Shown here piece after piece: positions 1-9,495 of a stretch of DNA of 55,722 nt; the first letter of the stretch is position 1, and each line of letters starts with the position of its first letter. The notes under the pieces were generated by a model. That model was not told the DNA's origin, did not search any database, and saw only the letters and a list, made by a program, of their open reading frames with translations. The position numbers were made by a program, and so were the translations under genes. Origin of the DNA: Calditrichaceae bacterium (GTDB lineage: Bacteria > Calditrichota > Calditrichia > Calditrichales > JBFXGD01); the NCBI GenBank assembly GCA_050178385.1, contig JBFXGD010000003.1, positions 1 to 55,722 of the forward strand, in the 5' to 3' direction.

Positions 1-167
1 ATTTCAAAGATGAAAGTCTGCTTTTGCGTTATCTGACAGAACAAGGTAAAATAATACCACGTCACACATCGGGTACATGTGCCAAGCATCAGAGACAATT
101 AGCGCTGGCAATCAAACGCGCCAGACATTTGGCCTTAATTCCTTTTGTGGCGGATTTTACTCGTTAA
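1..167 (+). CDS. rpsR: 30S ribosomal protein S18, 5'-truncated by window edge
   Basis: Frame from nt 3 reads [48 protein letters not shown], the S18 signature; TAA at 165-167; lies upstream of rplI. Confidence 0.95.
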   Translation, partial: FKDESLLLRYLTEQGKIIPRHTSGTCAKHQRQLALAIKRARHLALIPFVADFTR

Positions 168-195
168 TAATTAGAAAAAATGAAGGTGTTTTGCT

Positions 196-639
196 ATGAA
201 AATCATTCTACGTGAAGATTATAAAGGCGTTGGTAAAGCGGGTGAAATGGTAGTTGTAAAAGACGGTTTTGCCCGTAATTATCTGTTGCCGAAGGGCGTG
301 GCATATATTGCCAATAAAGAAAATGTAAACAGATACGAAAATGAACTCCGTCAATTAAATTTGCTGCAGAGCAAGGCAAAAAAAGCATCCGAAGAACTCG
401 CTCACAAACTGGAAAATGTTTCATGCACCATCACAGTGCAGGTTGGTGAAGAAGATAAAATGTTCGGGTCTGTTACTTCACAAAATATTGCCGATGCTCT
501 TACGACTCAGGGTTATGAAATTGATAAACGCAAGATTTTGCTCGAAGAACCGATCAAATCACTCGGTATCTACTCAGTTCCCATCAAATTGCATAGCGAA
601 GTTGAAGCTACTGTAAAAGTTTGGGTGGTAAAAGAATAA
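196..639 (+). CDS. rplI: 50S ribosomal protein L9
   Basis: VKDGFARNYLLPKG N-terminal motif, KMFGSVT, PIKSLG; 147 aa; follows rpsR. Confidence 0.97.
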   Translation: MKIILREDYKGVGKAGEMVVVKDGFARNYLLPKGVAYIANKENVNRYENELRQLNLLQSKAKKASEELAHKLENVSCTITVQVGEEDKMFGSVTSQNIADALTTQGYEIDKRKILLEEPIKSLGIYSVPIKLHSEVEATVKVWVVKE

Positions 640-645
640 TAAACT

Positions 646-672
646 GGCGGGTTTTATACCCGCCTTTTTTTT
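646..672 (+). terminator. Intrinsic terminator after rplI
   Basis: GGCGGGT / ACCCGCC stem followed by a T-run. Confidence 0.85.
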
Positions 673-711
673 CTCTGTTGCTTTAGTCATTCAATTAACT
701 AATTTTAGATC

Positions 712-3159
712 ATGCCATTTGCAGAAGTTGTTTTTAACTTACCGCTAAATCATTCCTTCACTTACGGGATTCCGGATGAACTTGACCGGTTAACGCCCGG
801 TATGCGTGTCCTTGCTCCTTTTGGAAAGCGCAATATCACCGGGGTTGTAACTGCAGTAACAACTAAATCAGCATACAGTTCGGTGAAGGATATTATTGAC
901 ATCCTGGATGATAAGCCACTTATTTCAGAACGCATGCTCGATCTGCTGAAATGGATTTCCGATTATTATATTTCCAGCCTGGGGCAAACAGTCCAGATGG
1001 CATTGCCGAAAGGAATTGATACGGAAGATAAGGAATACATCGATATTGCAGATGTGAATTTTGAAGAAAAATTATCAGAGCGCCAAAGGGATTTGTATCT
1101 TTTAATCGGTTCCAATCCAGGCCAATCTAAAGATTATTATCGGAAAAAAAATGGACAGGGTTCCTTTTACCATAATTTGCGAATTCTTGAAAAGAAAGGT
1201 CTCATAAAACGCGCCATTGAAAGAAAGCATCAAAGGGTCGGAATATTAACCAGAAAGTTTGTGACAATTCCGGATGATTATGAAAAAATAAAAACAAATT
1301 TTGATGATTTCCTGAAATATACCAGGCGTCGTCCGGAAGTAGATGATTACATGCTGAATAATTCCGGCAAAAATATATTGATGTCTGATTTTCTAAAGAA
1401 AACAGGTATGGCGACCGGAACACTTCAAAAAATGAAGAACCTCGGTATATGTGAAGTTGTTGAGATGCAGGTTGAACGCACACCGGAATTTGAGTATCGG
1501 GAAGGAATCAAGGATATCGTCCTTACCGATGAGCAGGAAAATGCAGTCCGGCAAGCGGCGTTGCAAATGGAAACTGGTCAGTTCGCCACATTTTTACTGC
1601 ACGGAATTACGGGAAGCGGGAAAACACAAGTCTATATTGAGGTGTTAAAAAAAGTTATAGCTGCCGGACAAACCGCAATCATCTTAATACCGGAAATATC
1701 ACTGACACCCCAAACCGTAAGCCGGTTCAAAAATGTTTTTTCGGATCAGATCGCCGTGTTTCATAGTAAAATGTCAGTCGGAGAGCGATTTGACGCGTGG
1801 ATGGCCTGCTATGAAGACCGTGTCAAAATAGTAGTCGGGCCGCGCTCGGCTTTATTTACACCTTTAAAAAATATTGGACTTATTGTAGTCGATGAAGAGC
1901 ACGAAACGAGTTATAAACAGAGTGATATCACGCCGCGCTATCATGCAAGGGATGTGGCGATTTACTGGGCGAGAATGAATCAGGCGATAATAATGCTTGG
2001 GTCCGCGACGCCGAGTATGGAATCTTATTTTAATGTATCAAAAAATAAGTTTAAGCTGCTACAGATCCGGAACCGCGTCGAAAATATACAATTACCCGAA
2101 GTGCATATTGTGGATATGCGTCACAAAAGAGGGGCGCAGGATAGAGAAACCAATCTTTTTTCCAGGGTTCTATTGGACAAAATAGAAGAAAAACTGCAAA
2201 AAAAAGAGCAAATTTTAATTTTACAGAACAAACGAGGATATTCCTCATTTCTGCAGTGTACTGAATGTGGGTTCATCGCGGCTTGTCCAAATTGCGAAGT
2301 AAGCCTCACTTATCATTCCTACACCGAGTCTCTTCAATGCCATTTATGCGGTTATCATCATGCTTCATATACGGATTGTCCTTCCTGTGGTGGAGAGCAG
2401 ATAAAATACAAGGGAATCGGCACCCAAAGAATACAGCAGGAGCTTCAAAAGCTATATCCTGAAGTGAGAATTCTGCGTATGGATCAGGATACGACACGTG
2501 GCAAAAATATGCACGATACCATATTAAAGTCATTTGCCGACGGTGACGCCGATATTTTACTCGGGACGCAGATGATCGCAAAAGGACTCGATTTTGCCAA
2601 TGTCACACTGGTAGGCGTCATATCAGCGGATGTAGGACTTTCTCTGCCTGATTTCAGGGCATCCGAAAGAATTTTCCACCTGCTCACACAGGTTTCAGGC
2701 CGGTCGGGCAGAGGGAAAAAGCCGGGTGAAGTGGTTATTCAAACTTATGTTTACAGTCATTATGCGATTCAGCATGCCCGCAGTCACGATTATTTAGGGT
2801 TTTATATGGAAGAATTAGAGCATCGTAAAAATTTTAAGTATCCTCCATACTATAAGATCATTCAAATCCTTGTTTCAGCCGAAAAAATGAATGAGGCAAT
2901 CGATACAGCCCGGAAAATTGCCGTACGGCTCCGCAGAGATGCCCGCGGAAATTGTGAAGTGATCGGACCGGCTCCGTCGGTCATCCCTAAAGTTAACAAA
3001 CTTTACAGATGGCAGGTCAATATTAAGTTAAATCCACAAACAGATCCATCGGGAAACCGGACAAAAAAAATTTTACAAAAACTGATGACCCCGTTTTATA
3101 ATAACAGACAATCGGGTATTCAGGTGGTCGTTGATGTTGATCCGACCTTGCTCGGCTGA
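712..3159 (+). CDS. priA: Primosomal protein N' (replication restart helicase)
   Basis: Walker A GITGSGKT, DEEH, LGSATPS, four CxxC pairs, GTQMIAKGLDF, QVSGRSGR. Confidence 0.97.
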   Translation: MPFAEVVFNLPLNHSFTYGIPDELDRLTPGMRVLAPFGKRNITGVVTAVTTKSAYSSVKDIIDILDDKPLISERMLDLLKWISDYYISSLGQTVQMALPKGIDTEDKEYIDIADVNFEEKLSERQRDLYLLIGSNPGQSKDYYRKKNGQGSFYHNLRILEKKGLIKRAIERKHQRVGILTRKFVTIPDDYEKIKTNFDDFLKYTRRRPEVDDYMLNNSGKNILMSDFLKKTGMATGTLQKMKNLGICEVVEMQVERTPEFEYREGIKDIVLTDEQENAVRQAALQMETGQFATFLLHGITGSGKTQVYIEVLKKVIAAGQTAIILIPEISLTPQTVSRFKNVFSDQIAVFHSKMSVGERFDAWMACYEDRVKIVVGPRSALFTPLKNIGLIVVDEEHETSYKQSDITPRYHARDVAIYWARMNQAIIMLGSATPSMESYFNVSKNKFKLLQIRNRVENIQLPEVHIVDMRHKRGAQDRETNLFSRVLLDKIEEKLQKKEQILILQNKRGYSSFLQCTECGFIAACPNCEVSLTYHSYTESLQCHLCGYHHASYTDCPSCGGEQIKYKGIGTQRIQQELQKLYPEVRILRMDQDTTRGKNMHDTILKSFADGDADILLGTQMIAKGLDFANVTLVGVISADVGLSLPDFRASERIFHLLTQVSGRSGRGKKPGEVVIQTYVYSHYAIQHARSHDYLGFYMEELEHRKNFKYPPYYKIIQILVSAEKMNEAIDTARKIAVRLRRDARGNCEVIGPAPSVIPKVNKLYRWQVNIKLNPQTDPSGNRTKKILQKLMTPFYNNRQSGIQVVVDVDPTLLG

Positions 3160-3168
3160 ATAAAACAG

Positions 3169-3197
3169 TTGCAATCCAACGATGAAATCTTTAAAAT
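3169..3197 (+). promoter_or_regulatory. Putative sigma70 promoter of the kinase-mgl operon
   Basis: TTGCAA-N17-TAAAAT in the priA/kinase intergenic gap. Confidence 0.55.
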
Positions 3198-3269
3198 AAA
3201 GCTTTAAATTCCTTAAAAAAATAGACATATATCCCATAGATTTTTAGAGTCAGCAATAAAGATAGCAGA

Positions 3270-4517
3270 ATGAGCAAACGTTTTGAGAGTAAAAAAGAAG
3301 CTGCTTCCCGAATAAATAAAATTCTCGCGGAATTGGAAGGTAATCAGCCGAATGGTGAAGTACACGACACTCTCAAAAAAAATTATGATATATTGCTGAA
3401 GCGGTACGGTGATCTGGAAAAGATTTTCCGGTTTCATAAAGGAATCATTCAAAATATATCCAGCGGGATATTCACGATAGATATGAATGGATATCTGACG
3501 TTCCTGAACAGGGCCGCGCTTGATATACTTGAATACAGCAGTGATGAAATTCTCGGTAAAAAGGTTGAAGTTCTTTTTGAAGACGAAAATCAGATTAATC
3601 GCATCATCAGGCAGATTGTGGATGAGAAGGCCTTGTTTGAGAGTAAAGAGGCGGAGCTTGTTTCGGGTAATGGGAAAATGATCCCGATTGGATTTAGCAC
3701 GACGTTGTTAAAACAATCGGATGACCATACCTTTGACGGCATAATCTTCATCTTTCGCGATATTACGTACATTACCACTTTACGTAAACAAATTGAGCGC
3801 ATGGATCGACTGGCGACTCTCGGTGAACTGGCGGCGGGAATTGCTCATGAAATACGAAATCCGCTCGCCGGAATTAAAGCTTCCGCTCAGGTGCTCGAAG
3901 ATAGTTATAATGAAGATGATTTCAGAACACAGCTGGTGACGAGAATTGTAAAGGAAATTGACAGAAGTAATGAATTATTGAAAAGATTTTTTAACTTTGC
4001 AAGGCCAAATAAACCAAAACAGGATTTTCATGATATTGAAAATATCATTGACGGTGTTTATCTTTTAATGGCAAGCAGATTTAAAAAACAAAAAATTCGA
4101 TACAGTACCAATTTTTCTGAAATTAAACACAAAATTTTTGCTGATGAAAGTCAGATTGAACAGGTCATACTGAATTTATTTATCAATGCTGCCGAAGCCA
4201 TGCCAAATGGCGGCGATATTCTGGTAGAAGTCGGTGAAACCGATGGAATCCGGTTAAGTGAAAATCAGCATGGACATTCTGTTGTATATGTCAGGATTAA
4301 AGATTCCGGGCCAGGTATCCCGGTAGAGAAACATGAAAAGATATTTAATCCGTTCTATACGACAAAGGCGGATGGTGTGGGACTCGGTCTGTCGATTTCA
4401 ACAAGATTACTTGAAGAAAATAATGGCAAGATCGAAATCCAATCCCGGCAGGGTGAAGGAGCGGTTTTTAGTATTTATCTGCCGGTAGTGATCAATAATA
4501 AAACAGAACAGGTTTAA
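3270..4517 (+). CDS. Cytoplasmic PAS-domain sensor histidine kinase (NtrB/AtoS-like)
   Basis: PAS (ISSGIFTIDMNG...NRAA...FRDIT), H-box AHEIRNPL, N-box NLFINA, DSGPGI, FYTTK, GVGLGLSI; no hydrophobic TM stretch. Confidence 0.92.
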   Translation: MSKRFESKKEAASRINKILAELEGNQPNGEVHDTLKKNYDILLKRYGDLEKIFRFHKGIIQNISSGIFTIDMNGYLTFLNRAALDILEYSSDEILGKKVEVLFEDENQINRIIRQIVDEKALFESKEAELVSGNGKMIPIGFSTTLLKQSDDHTFDGIIFIFRDITYITTLRKQIERMDRLATLGELAAGIAHEIRNPLAGIKASAQVLEDSYNEDDFRTQLVTRIVKEIDRSNELLKRFFNFARPNKPKQDFHDIENIIDGVYLLMASRFKKQKIRYSTNFSEIKHKIFADESQIEQVILNLFINAAEAMPNGGDILVEVGETDGIRLSENQHGHSVVYVRIKDSGPGIPVEKHEKIFNPFYTTKADGVGLGLSISTRLLEENNGKIEIQSRQGEGAVFSIYLPVVINNKTEQV

Positions 4518-4519
4518 AC

Positions 4520-4885
4520 ATGGCAAAAAGGCTGCTCATTGTTGATGATGAAGAGACTTTAACGTTTAGTCTTTACCAGAGTTTTATACTATCAGACAAA
4601 GACTATGAAGTAATCACCGCCAATTCGGGTGATGAGGCCCTCACCAAAATTAATGAAAATCCGTTCGATCTGATTATAACTGATATTCTAATGCCGGGGA
4701 TGAGCGGAATCGATTTGCTGAAAAGAGTCAAACAGGATTTTCCTAAGACTGAGATTGTGATTATGACGGCTTATGGTTCTAATGACAGACGTGATGAAGT
4801 ATTGAAGCTTGGCGCAAGATTTTACATAGAAAAACCATTTGAAATGAAAGAATTCAAAAAAATCGTACTAGAAATTCTGGGATAA
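4520..4885 (+). CDS. Single-domain response regulator (CheY-like receiver)
   Basis: LIVDDE, ITDILMPG (phospho-Asp), MTAYG, EKPF; 121 aa with no output domain. Confidence 0.93.
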   Translation: MAKRLLIVDDEETLTFSLYQSFILSDKDYEVITANSGDEALTKINENPFDLIITDILMPGMSGIDLLKRVKQDFPKTEIVIMTAYGSNDRRDEVLKLGARFYIEKPFEMKEFKKIVLEILG

Positions 4886-4886
4886 A

Positions 4887-5531
4887 ATGGCATTAGTAGG
4901 AAACTTAAAGGATTTAAAACTTCCGAGTTTAATCCAATTAAATTGCATGGAACGCAACACGGCAAAGTTGACAATTGAGCGTGGCGGTAAGTTTGGCTTT
5001 ATATACTTTGAAAACGGACAGGTCGTTCACGCGGAATTTGAGCCGGAGATAGGTGAAAAAGCAGTTTACAAGCTGTTGACACTGTATGACGGGACTTTTA
5101 AAGTTGAAAGTGATGTACACGCTCCTGTAAAAACGATTAAAACAAGCTGGAACAGTTTATTACTTGAAGGTCTGCATCAGCTTGATAACGCCGACGAAGC
5201 CCCTGAAAATAGTTTCCACCGCTTGTTTGAGAGGCTGCTTACGGTAAAAGGCGTTCAGTCTGTAAAAATGATTGAACGGGATGGAGCACTGATCGCGAAA
5301 AGTGAGGAAGAGTCCGGTCTTGATGATGACGCGCTTTATGCGTTTTCAATGCTGGAAGCCGGAAAAATTGCTGATATCCTGAGCGTGGCCGAACCGGAAT
5401 TCGTGAGTGTTCTTGTAGGTTCCCTGAGATATGTTATTACAGCATATAATCAATTGTTAATCATTATAATTTTAAGCGATAAAACTAAGCTGGATGTCAT
5501 CTTACCACTGATAAAACAGGCAATGGGTTAA
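4887..5531 (+). CDS. DUF4388/PATAN domain fused to a roadblock-like C-terminal domain
   Basis: N-term LVGNLKDLKLPSLIQL...GFIYFENGQVVHA is typical DUF4388; C-term LLTVKGVQSVKMIERDGALIA resembles the start of roadblock/LC7. Confidence 0.8.
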   Translation: MALVGNLKDLKLPSLIQLNCMERNTAKLTIERGGKFGFIYFENGQVVHAEFEPEIGEKAVYKLLTLYDGTFKVESDVHAPVKTIKTSWNSLLLEGLHQLDNADEAPENSFHRLFERLLTVKGVQSVKMIERDGALIAKSEEESGLDDDALYAFSMLEAGKIADILSVAEPEFVSVLVGSLRYVITAYNQLLIIIILSDKTKLDVILPLIKQAMG

Positions 5532-6544
5532 TGAACACAAATGCACTAGTCATAACGGGGGAACCGCAGCATAAGAATCTGGCAACGCAGTATACACATA
5601 TGTGGCTGCTAATCAAGGATCTCAAGGAATCCCGTTTCTCAGGGTATTTAAAACTGGAATTTTGGGGCTATGAAGGTTTTTTGATTTTTGACACGGGTAA
5701 TATTGTTCAGGCATATGAGCAGAAAGGAAAGCAGATCGGTTCCGGGATTCAGGCCTTATTAGGCATCTATAACCGATTTAGGGAAAAAGACGGATCCATA
5801 AGCACTTTTTTAGTCGATTACGAGTTAGTCCCTTTTCTTCTTGCCATGTTTCAGAATAAAATACTTGATGAGAAAAAAAATCTGAATAGTGATAATCTGG
5901 AAAAGTATATCCAGGAATCATCAAAGAAAACCGATTACGGATTTATAAATATCATTTTCGGTGATCAACAGGCGCGCGCATCGATCTATCTGATGAACGG
6001 AGGGGTAGCTGCTTCGGTTTTGAATAATAATGCGGGTAAACAGGTTTTTGAAAAAGGCATGGCCCGTTTATTTAAAAAAATCCTACAGATAGCAGAAACA
6101 ATAGACACCAATATATCACTTGAAAGTTGCGATGCGCTGCGTTCTTATGAAGAAAGTCAAAAATTTTCCGAGTTGCTCGAGTTGCTTGAAGTATCAGAAA
6201 TTATGCTGGAGCTAAAAAATCGCATTGTGAACGCGATTGCTCCATTAGATGAACATGAAAACATGGAAGCTCTTTTCTCCGGGCTTTGGGAAAAAAGCTG
6301 TAAATCAATAGGTGTGGATGCCGTCCATTATGCGCAAAATCAATTCACAGGCCTCGATTCCATCACAAAAATGAAGTTTGGGGCATTGATTACGAATGTT
6401 TTTACTCAACTTAAGCCATTGTTTGACGATAAATCATCAAAGCACTCCTTTATGGATTTACTGATACATGGTTTTGTGGAGGAGTATTCTGAAAAAATTG
6501 ATAAAATACATTTAAGAGAATATTTCAGCACAGAGATTGCCTGA
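5531..6544 (+). CDS. Hypothetical protein with two PATAN/DUF2226-like repeats
   Basis: LKESRFSGYLKL...EGFLIFDTGNIVQA and a degenerate copy KTDYGFINI...ASIYLMNGGVAAS; helical C-terminus. Confidence 0.55.
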   Translation: MNTNALVITGEPQHKNLATQYTHMWLLIKDLKESRFSGYLKLEFWGYEGFLIFDTGNIVQAYEQKGKQIGSGIQALLGIYNRFREKDGSISTFLVDYELVPFLLAMFQNKILDEKKNLNSDNLEKYIQESSKKTDYGFINIIFGDQQARASIYLMNGGVAASVLNNNAGKQVFEKGMARLFKKILQIAETIDTNISLESCDALRSYEESQKFSELLELLEVSEIMLELKNRIVNAIAPLDEHENMEALFSGLWEKSCKSIGVDAVHYAQNQFTGLDSITKMKFGALITNVFTQLKPLFDDKSSKHSFMDLLIHGFVEEYSEKIDKIHLREYFSTEIA

Positions 6545-6589
6545 TAATTCAGGTATGGTTATGATCTGCAGAAATTAAGGAATGATCAG

Positions 6590-7027
6590 ATGGCTGACAG
6601 GTGGCTGCAGGAAATTTTAAATATTGATGGCGTCCGGGGCGTATACATCGCTTCAGGACGGGGAAATGTCATTGAAAAATTAGGGCTCGACGAAAAGGAT
6701 GCAGTTCTTGAAAAGTTAACGGTGCACATTCTTAGGATTCTTTCCGGACACTATTTACGCAATTTGACTATCACTGAAATTGAATTTTACTGGCAAGACC
6801 AGTATATCATATGCAGGCATACAAACAACATGCTGCTGGTAATTCTTTGCAAAACTCCGAAGGTTTTGTCTTTGCTGCGAATTACATTGAATGTGGCATT
6901 GGCAAACCTCCTTGAAGATAAGAAATTGATAAAACTGATAAAGGATCAGACCGCGGATAAAACTTTTCATATTAACAAAGGGGACTTGGATGAAAGCGAA
7001 GTCCGTCTGATAACCAAACTGAAATAA
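6590..7027 (+). CDS. Roadblock/LC7-like protein
   Basis: LQEILNIDGVRGVYIASGRGNVI start and LLVILC...LSLLRITLN end match the roadblock pattern. Confidence 0.65.
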   Translation: MADRWLQEILNIDGVRGVYIASGRGNVIEKLGLDEKDAVLEKLTVHILRILSGHYLRNLTITEIEFYWQDQYIICRHTNNMLLVILCKTPKVLSLLRITLNVALANLLEDKKLIKLIKDQTADKTFHINKGDLDESEVRLITKLK

Positions 7028-7060
7028 AATATTTCAGTACTATTAAAATGGATTTTAAAG

Positions 7061-7552
7061 TTGGATAAAAAAGATTATAAAAACATAATTCCTCATCCGC
7101 ATGTCGTATTCGGACTTACCGGTTCAAAATCTCCGGCCGAAGTTACATTGCGGTCCGCTGAATGGGCGGTAATAACCCAGGTTGACGGAAACAAAAGCGT
7201 CGATGATATCGCGCAGGTTCTTGCGTTGACGGAAGAAGAGGCAATTGGTTTATTTATCGGATTATATGAAAAAGGCCTGATTGAAATACAATCGACTGAA
7301 AAACCACTGACAAAATTAGTAAATCATGAATTCTTTGAAAATCTGGAAAAGGAATTAATGGCGGTTATCGGACCGGTAGCACCGTTTCTGATTGAAGATA
7401 CTCTTCTTGAAATGGGAGAGGACAAAGATAAATTCATGGTGGAGCGTATTCCGGATTTGATCGAAACAATCAGCGATGAAATTAATGATGACGGAAAAAA
7501 AATAAAATTTCAGAGTGTGATGTTAAACTATATCAAAAAAGGACTTGAGTAA
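7061..7552 (+). CDS. Winged-helix-like protein with C-terminal helical 'IGPxA' domain
   Basis: EWAVITQVDGNKSVDDIAQVL...LYEKGLIEI wHTH pattern; LEKELMAVIGPVAPFLIED; TTG start. Confidence 0.6.
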   Translation: MDKKDYKNIIPHPHVVFGLTGSKSPAEVTLRSAEWAVITQVDGNKSVDDIAQVLALTEEEAIGLFIGLYEKGLIEIQSTEKPLTKLVNHEFFENLEKELMAVIGPVAPFLIEDTLLEMGEDKDKFMVERIPDLIETISDEINDDGKKIKFQSVMLNYIKKGLE

Positions 7553-8303
7553 AGTGAAATTTATCAGCTTAAAATGGAAAATAAGTGGTGTTTTGATCAT
7601 CAGTAATTTATTGCTGGGACTGCTTATCGTTTTTATTGTAAATAAAACCGTGAGCGAAAGTCTTGAGAAAGAATTAATTGAACGCGGAAGAACAATCGCT
7701 GTTAACCTGTCAAGCTTTTCCGCGGAACTCATCCTGGCACAAGATGAGATCGGTTTAAAGCAGCTGATCACAGGAGATTTAAATTTTGAAAGTGTCGAAT
7801 ACATATTGATTCATGACAGCGAAGGACGTATCTTAGCAGATACATATAACGGGCAGGTTCCGGATGTATTGAAAGGAAAATCGTTTGAAGGCCGAACGAT
7901 TGACGAAAAGCCCGAGCTAATTCAATTGCAGGACAATGACTTATCGTGTTACGATATAACGGGTCCGGTTCAGGATGGTTATTTGGGTTATATTCGGGTC
8001 GGGATGAAAAAGGCTTATGTGGACGAAACGGTCAGGACGACCAATTTCATTGTGATTTTAACCATATTGAGTATAACATTTATAGGAATTGTAATTGTAA
8101 TATTTCTTGCAAATCAGATAATTAAACCTATTTTATATCTGACAAAAAAAGCTGACGATATCAGCCAGGGAAATCTAGATGAGAAAATCTTTGTTAAAAC
8201 AAATGACGAAATACAAAGCCTGGGTGAGGCGTTAGAAAGATTGCGGGAAAGTGTAAAAATAGCTTTAGATCGACTCAAAAAACGTCAAACCTTGCGCATA
8301 TAA
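7545..8303 (+). CDS. Two-TM membrane sensor with extracytoplasmic domain and HAMP, no output domain
   Basis: Two hydrophobic segments flank a soluble domain; HAMP IIKPILYLTKKADDISQGNLD...DEIQSLGEALERL; protein ends about 18 aa later. Confidence 0.85.
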   Translation: MSKVKFISLKWKISGVLIISNLLLGLLIVFIVNKTVSESLEKELIERGRTIAVNLSSFSAELILAQDEIGLKQLITGDLNFESVEYILIHDSEGRILADTYNGQVPDVLKGKSFEGRTIDEKPELIQLQDNDLSCYDITGPVQDGYLGYIRVGMKKAYVDETVRTTNFIVILTILSITFIGIVIVIFLANQIIKPILYLTKKADDISQGNLDEKIFVKTNDEIQSLGEALERLRESVKIALDRLKKRQTLRI

Positions 8304-8322
8304 ATAAAGTGAGGGAAATTTT

Positions 8323-8835
8323 ATGGTACAAATAAGAAAACTCAAAGATGGAAGCCGGCAAGTCATATTAAACGGTAAACAATATGACGGTATCACAAAG
8401 GTATTATCTGAGCTTGCAAATAAAACAAAAGCATCAGCGATACTATTTGCGGATATGAGCGGTCAGTTGATAAGCCAGCGTGGCAACACGGAGGATATGA
8501 ATACAACCGTGCTTTCCGCCCTTGCTGCAAGTGATTTTGCCGCTACATCCGAAATGGCGAAATTAGTGGGAGAGGAAGCGAAATTTAAACTTCTCTTTCA
8601 TGAAGGTGAGAAAAGAAATGTATATCTTTCCAATGTCGGCGATAACTTTTTCCTGGTTGTCGTATTCGATGTAAGCGTGACATTGGGTTTGATTCGAATT
8701 TATACCAAAAAAGCGATTGAAGATCTCATCTCAATGCTGGAAGATCAGTCCGGAGATGAACCTGAAGATTCAAATATTATCGATTCAGATTTCAGCACCC
8801 TCCTGGGTGACGCTTTGGATGATACTTTTAAATAA
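8323..8835 (+). CDS. mglB: MglB-family roadblock protein (GAP for MglA)
   Basis: ADMSGQLI, LSALAASDFAATSEMAKLVGE, LFHEGE, VTLGLIR; acidic C-terminal helix; directly upstream of mglA. Confidence 0.9.
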   Translation: MVQIRKLKDGSRQVILNGKQYDGITKVLSELANKTKASAILFADMSGQLISQRGNTEDMNTTVLSALAASDFAATSEMAKLVGEEAKFKLLFHEGEKRNVYLSNVGDNFFLVVVFDVSVTLGLIRIYTKKAIEDLISMLEDQSGDEPEDSNIIDSDFSTLLGDALDDTFK

Positions 8836-8870
8836 TAGGTCATAAACGGTTTAAGTCGCGAGGATGGAGA

Positions 8871-9455
8871 ATGTTTATAAATTGGGCTTTACAGGAAATA
8901 AATTTAAAAATCGTCTATTACGGTCCGGGAATGAGTGGAAAAACAACGAATCTTGAGTATATACATACTAAGCTCGATCCGTCGCTTACAGGGGAACTTG
9001 TCTCATTAAAAACAAAAGAAGACCGCACCATATTCTTTGATTTTATGCAGATTGAAGTCGGCCGGATCAAAGGGAAAAAACCAAAATTCAATTTATACAC
9101 CGTTCCGGGACAGGTCTATTACGCTTCGAGCCGTAAAGTAATTTTAAACGGGGTTGATGGAATCGTATTCGTTGCTGACTCACAGCCGCATCGGATGGAA
9201 GCCAATATTGAGACACTGCTGGATCTTGAAAGCAATATAAAGCAGGACGGGCAGACACTTGAGAAATTCCCCTGGGTAATACAATATAATAAGCGTGATT
9301 TGCCCGGTGTGGAGTCGGTTGATGTGTTGCAAAAAAGACTGAACTTCTTCAATGTGCCACATTTTGAAGGTGTAGCGGTAAAAGGTGACGGAGTATTCAA
9401 CACACTGAAATCAGTGATTAATCTGGTTGTACAGAACGTCCAAACGCAGCTCTAA
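8871..9455 (+). CDS. mglA: MglA-family small Ras-like GTPase
   Basis: KIVYYGPGMSGKTTNL (G1), DRTIFFDF, LYTVPGQ (G3), QYNKRDL (G4). Confidence 0.95.
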   Translation: MFINWALQEINLKIVYYGPGMSGKTTNLEYIHTKLDPSLTGELVSLKTKEDRTIFFDFMQIEVGRIKGKKPKFNLYTVPGQVYYASSRKVILNGVDGIVFVADSQPHRMEANIETLLDLESNIKQDGQTLEKFPWVIQYNKRDLPGVESVDVLQKRLNFFNVPHFEGVAVKGDGVFNTLKSVINLVVQNVQTQL

Positions 9456-9495
9456 AAACAGTGCATGAATTGGATTGATATTATGCAAATTTCAT

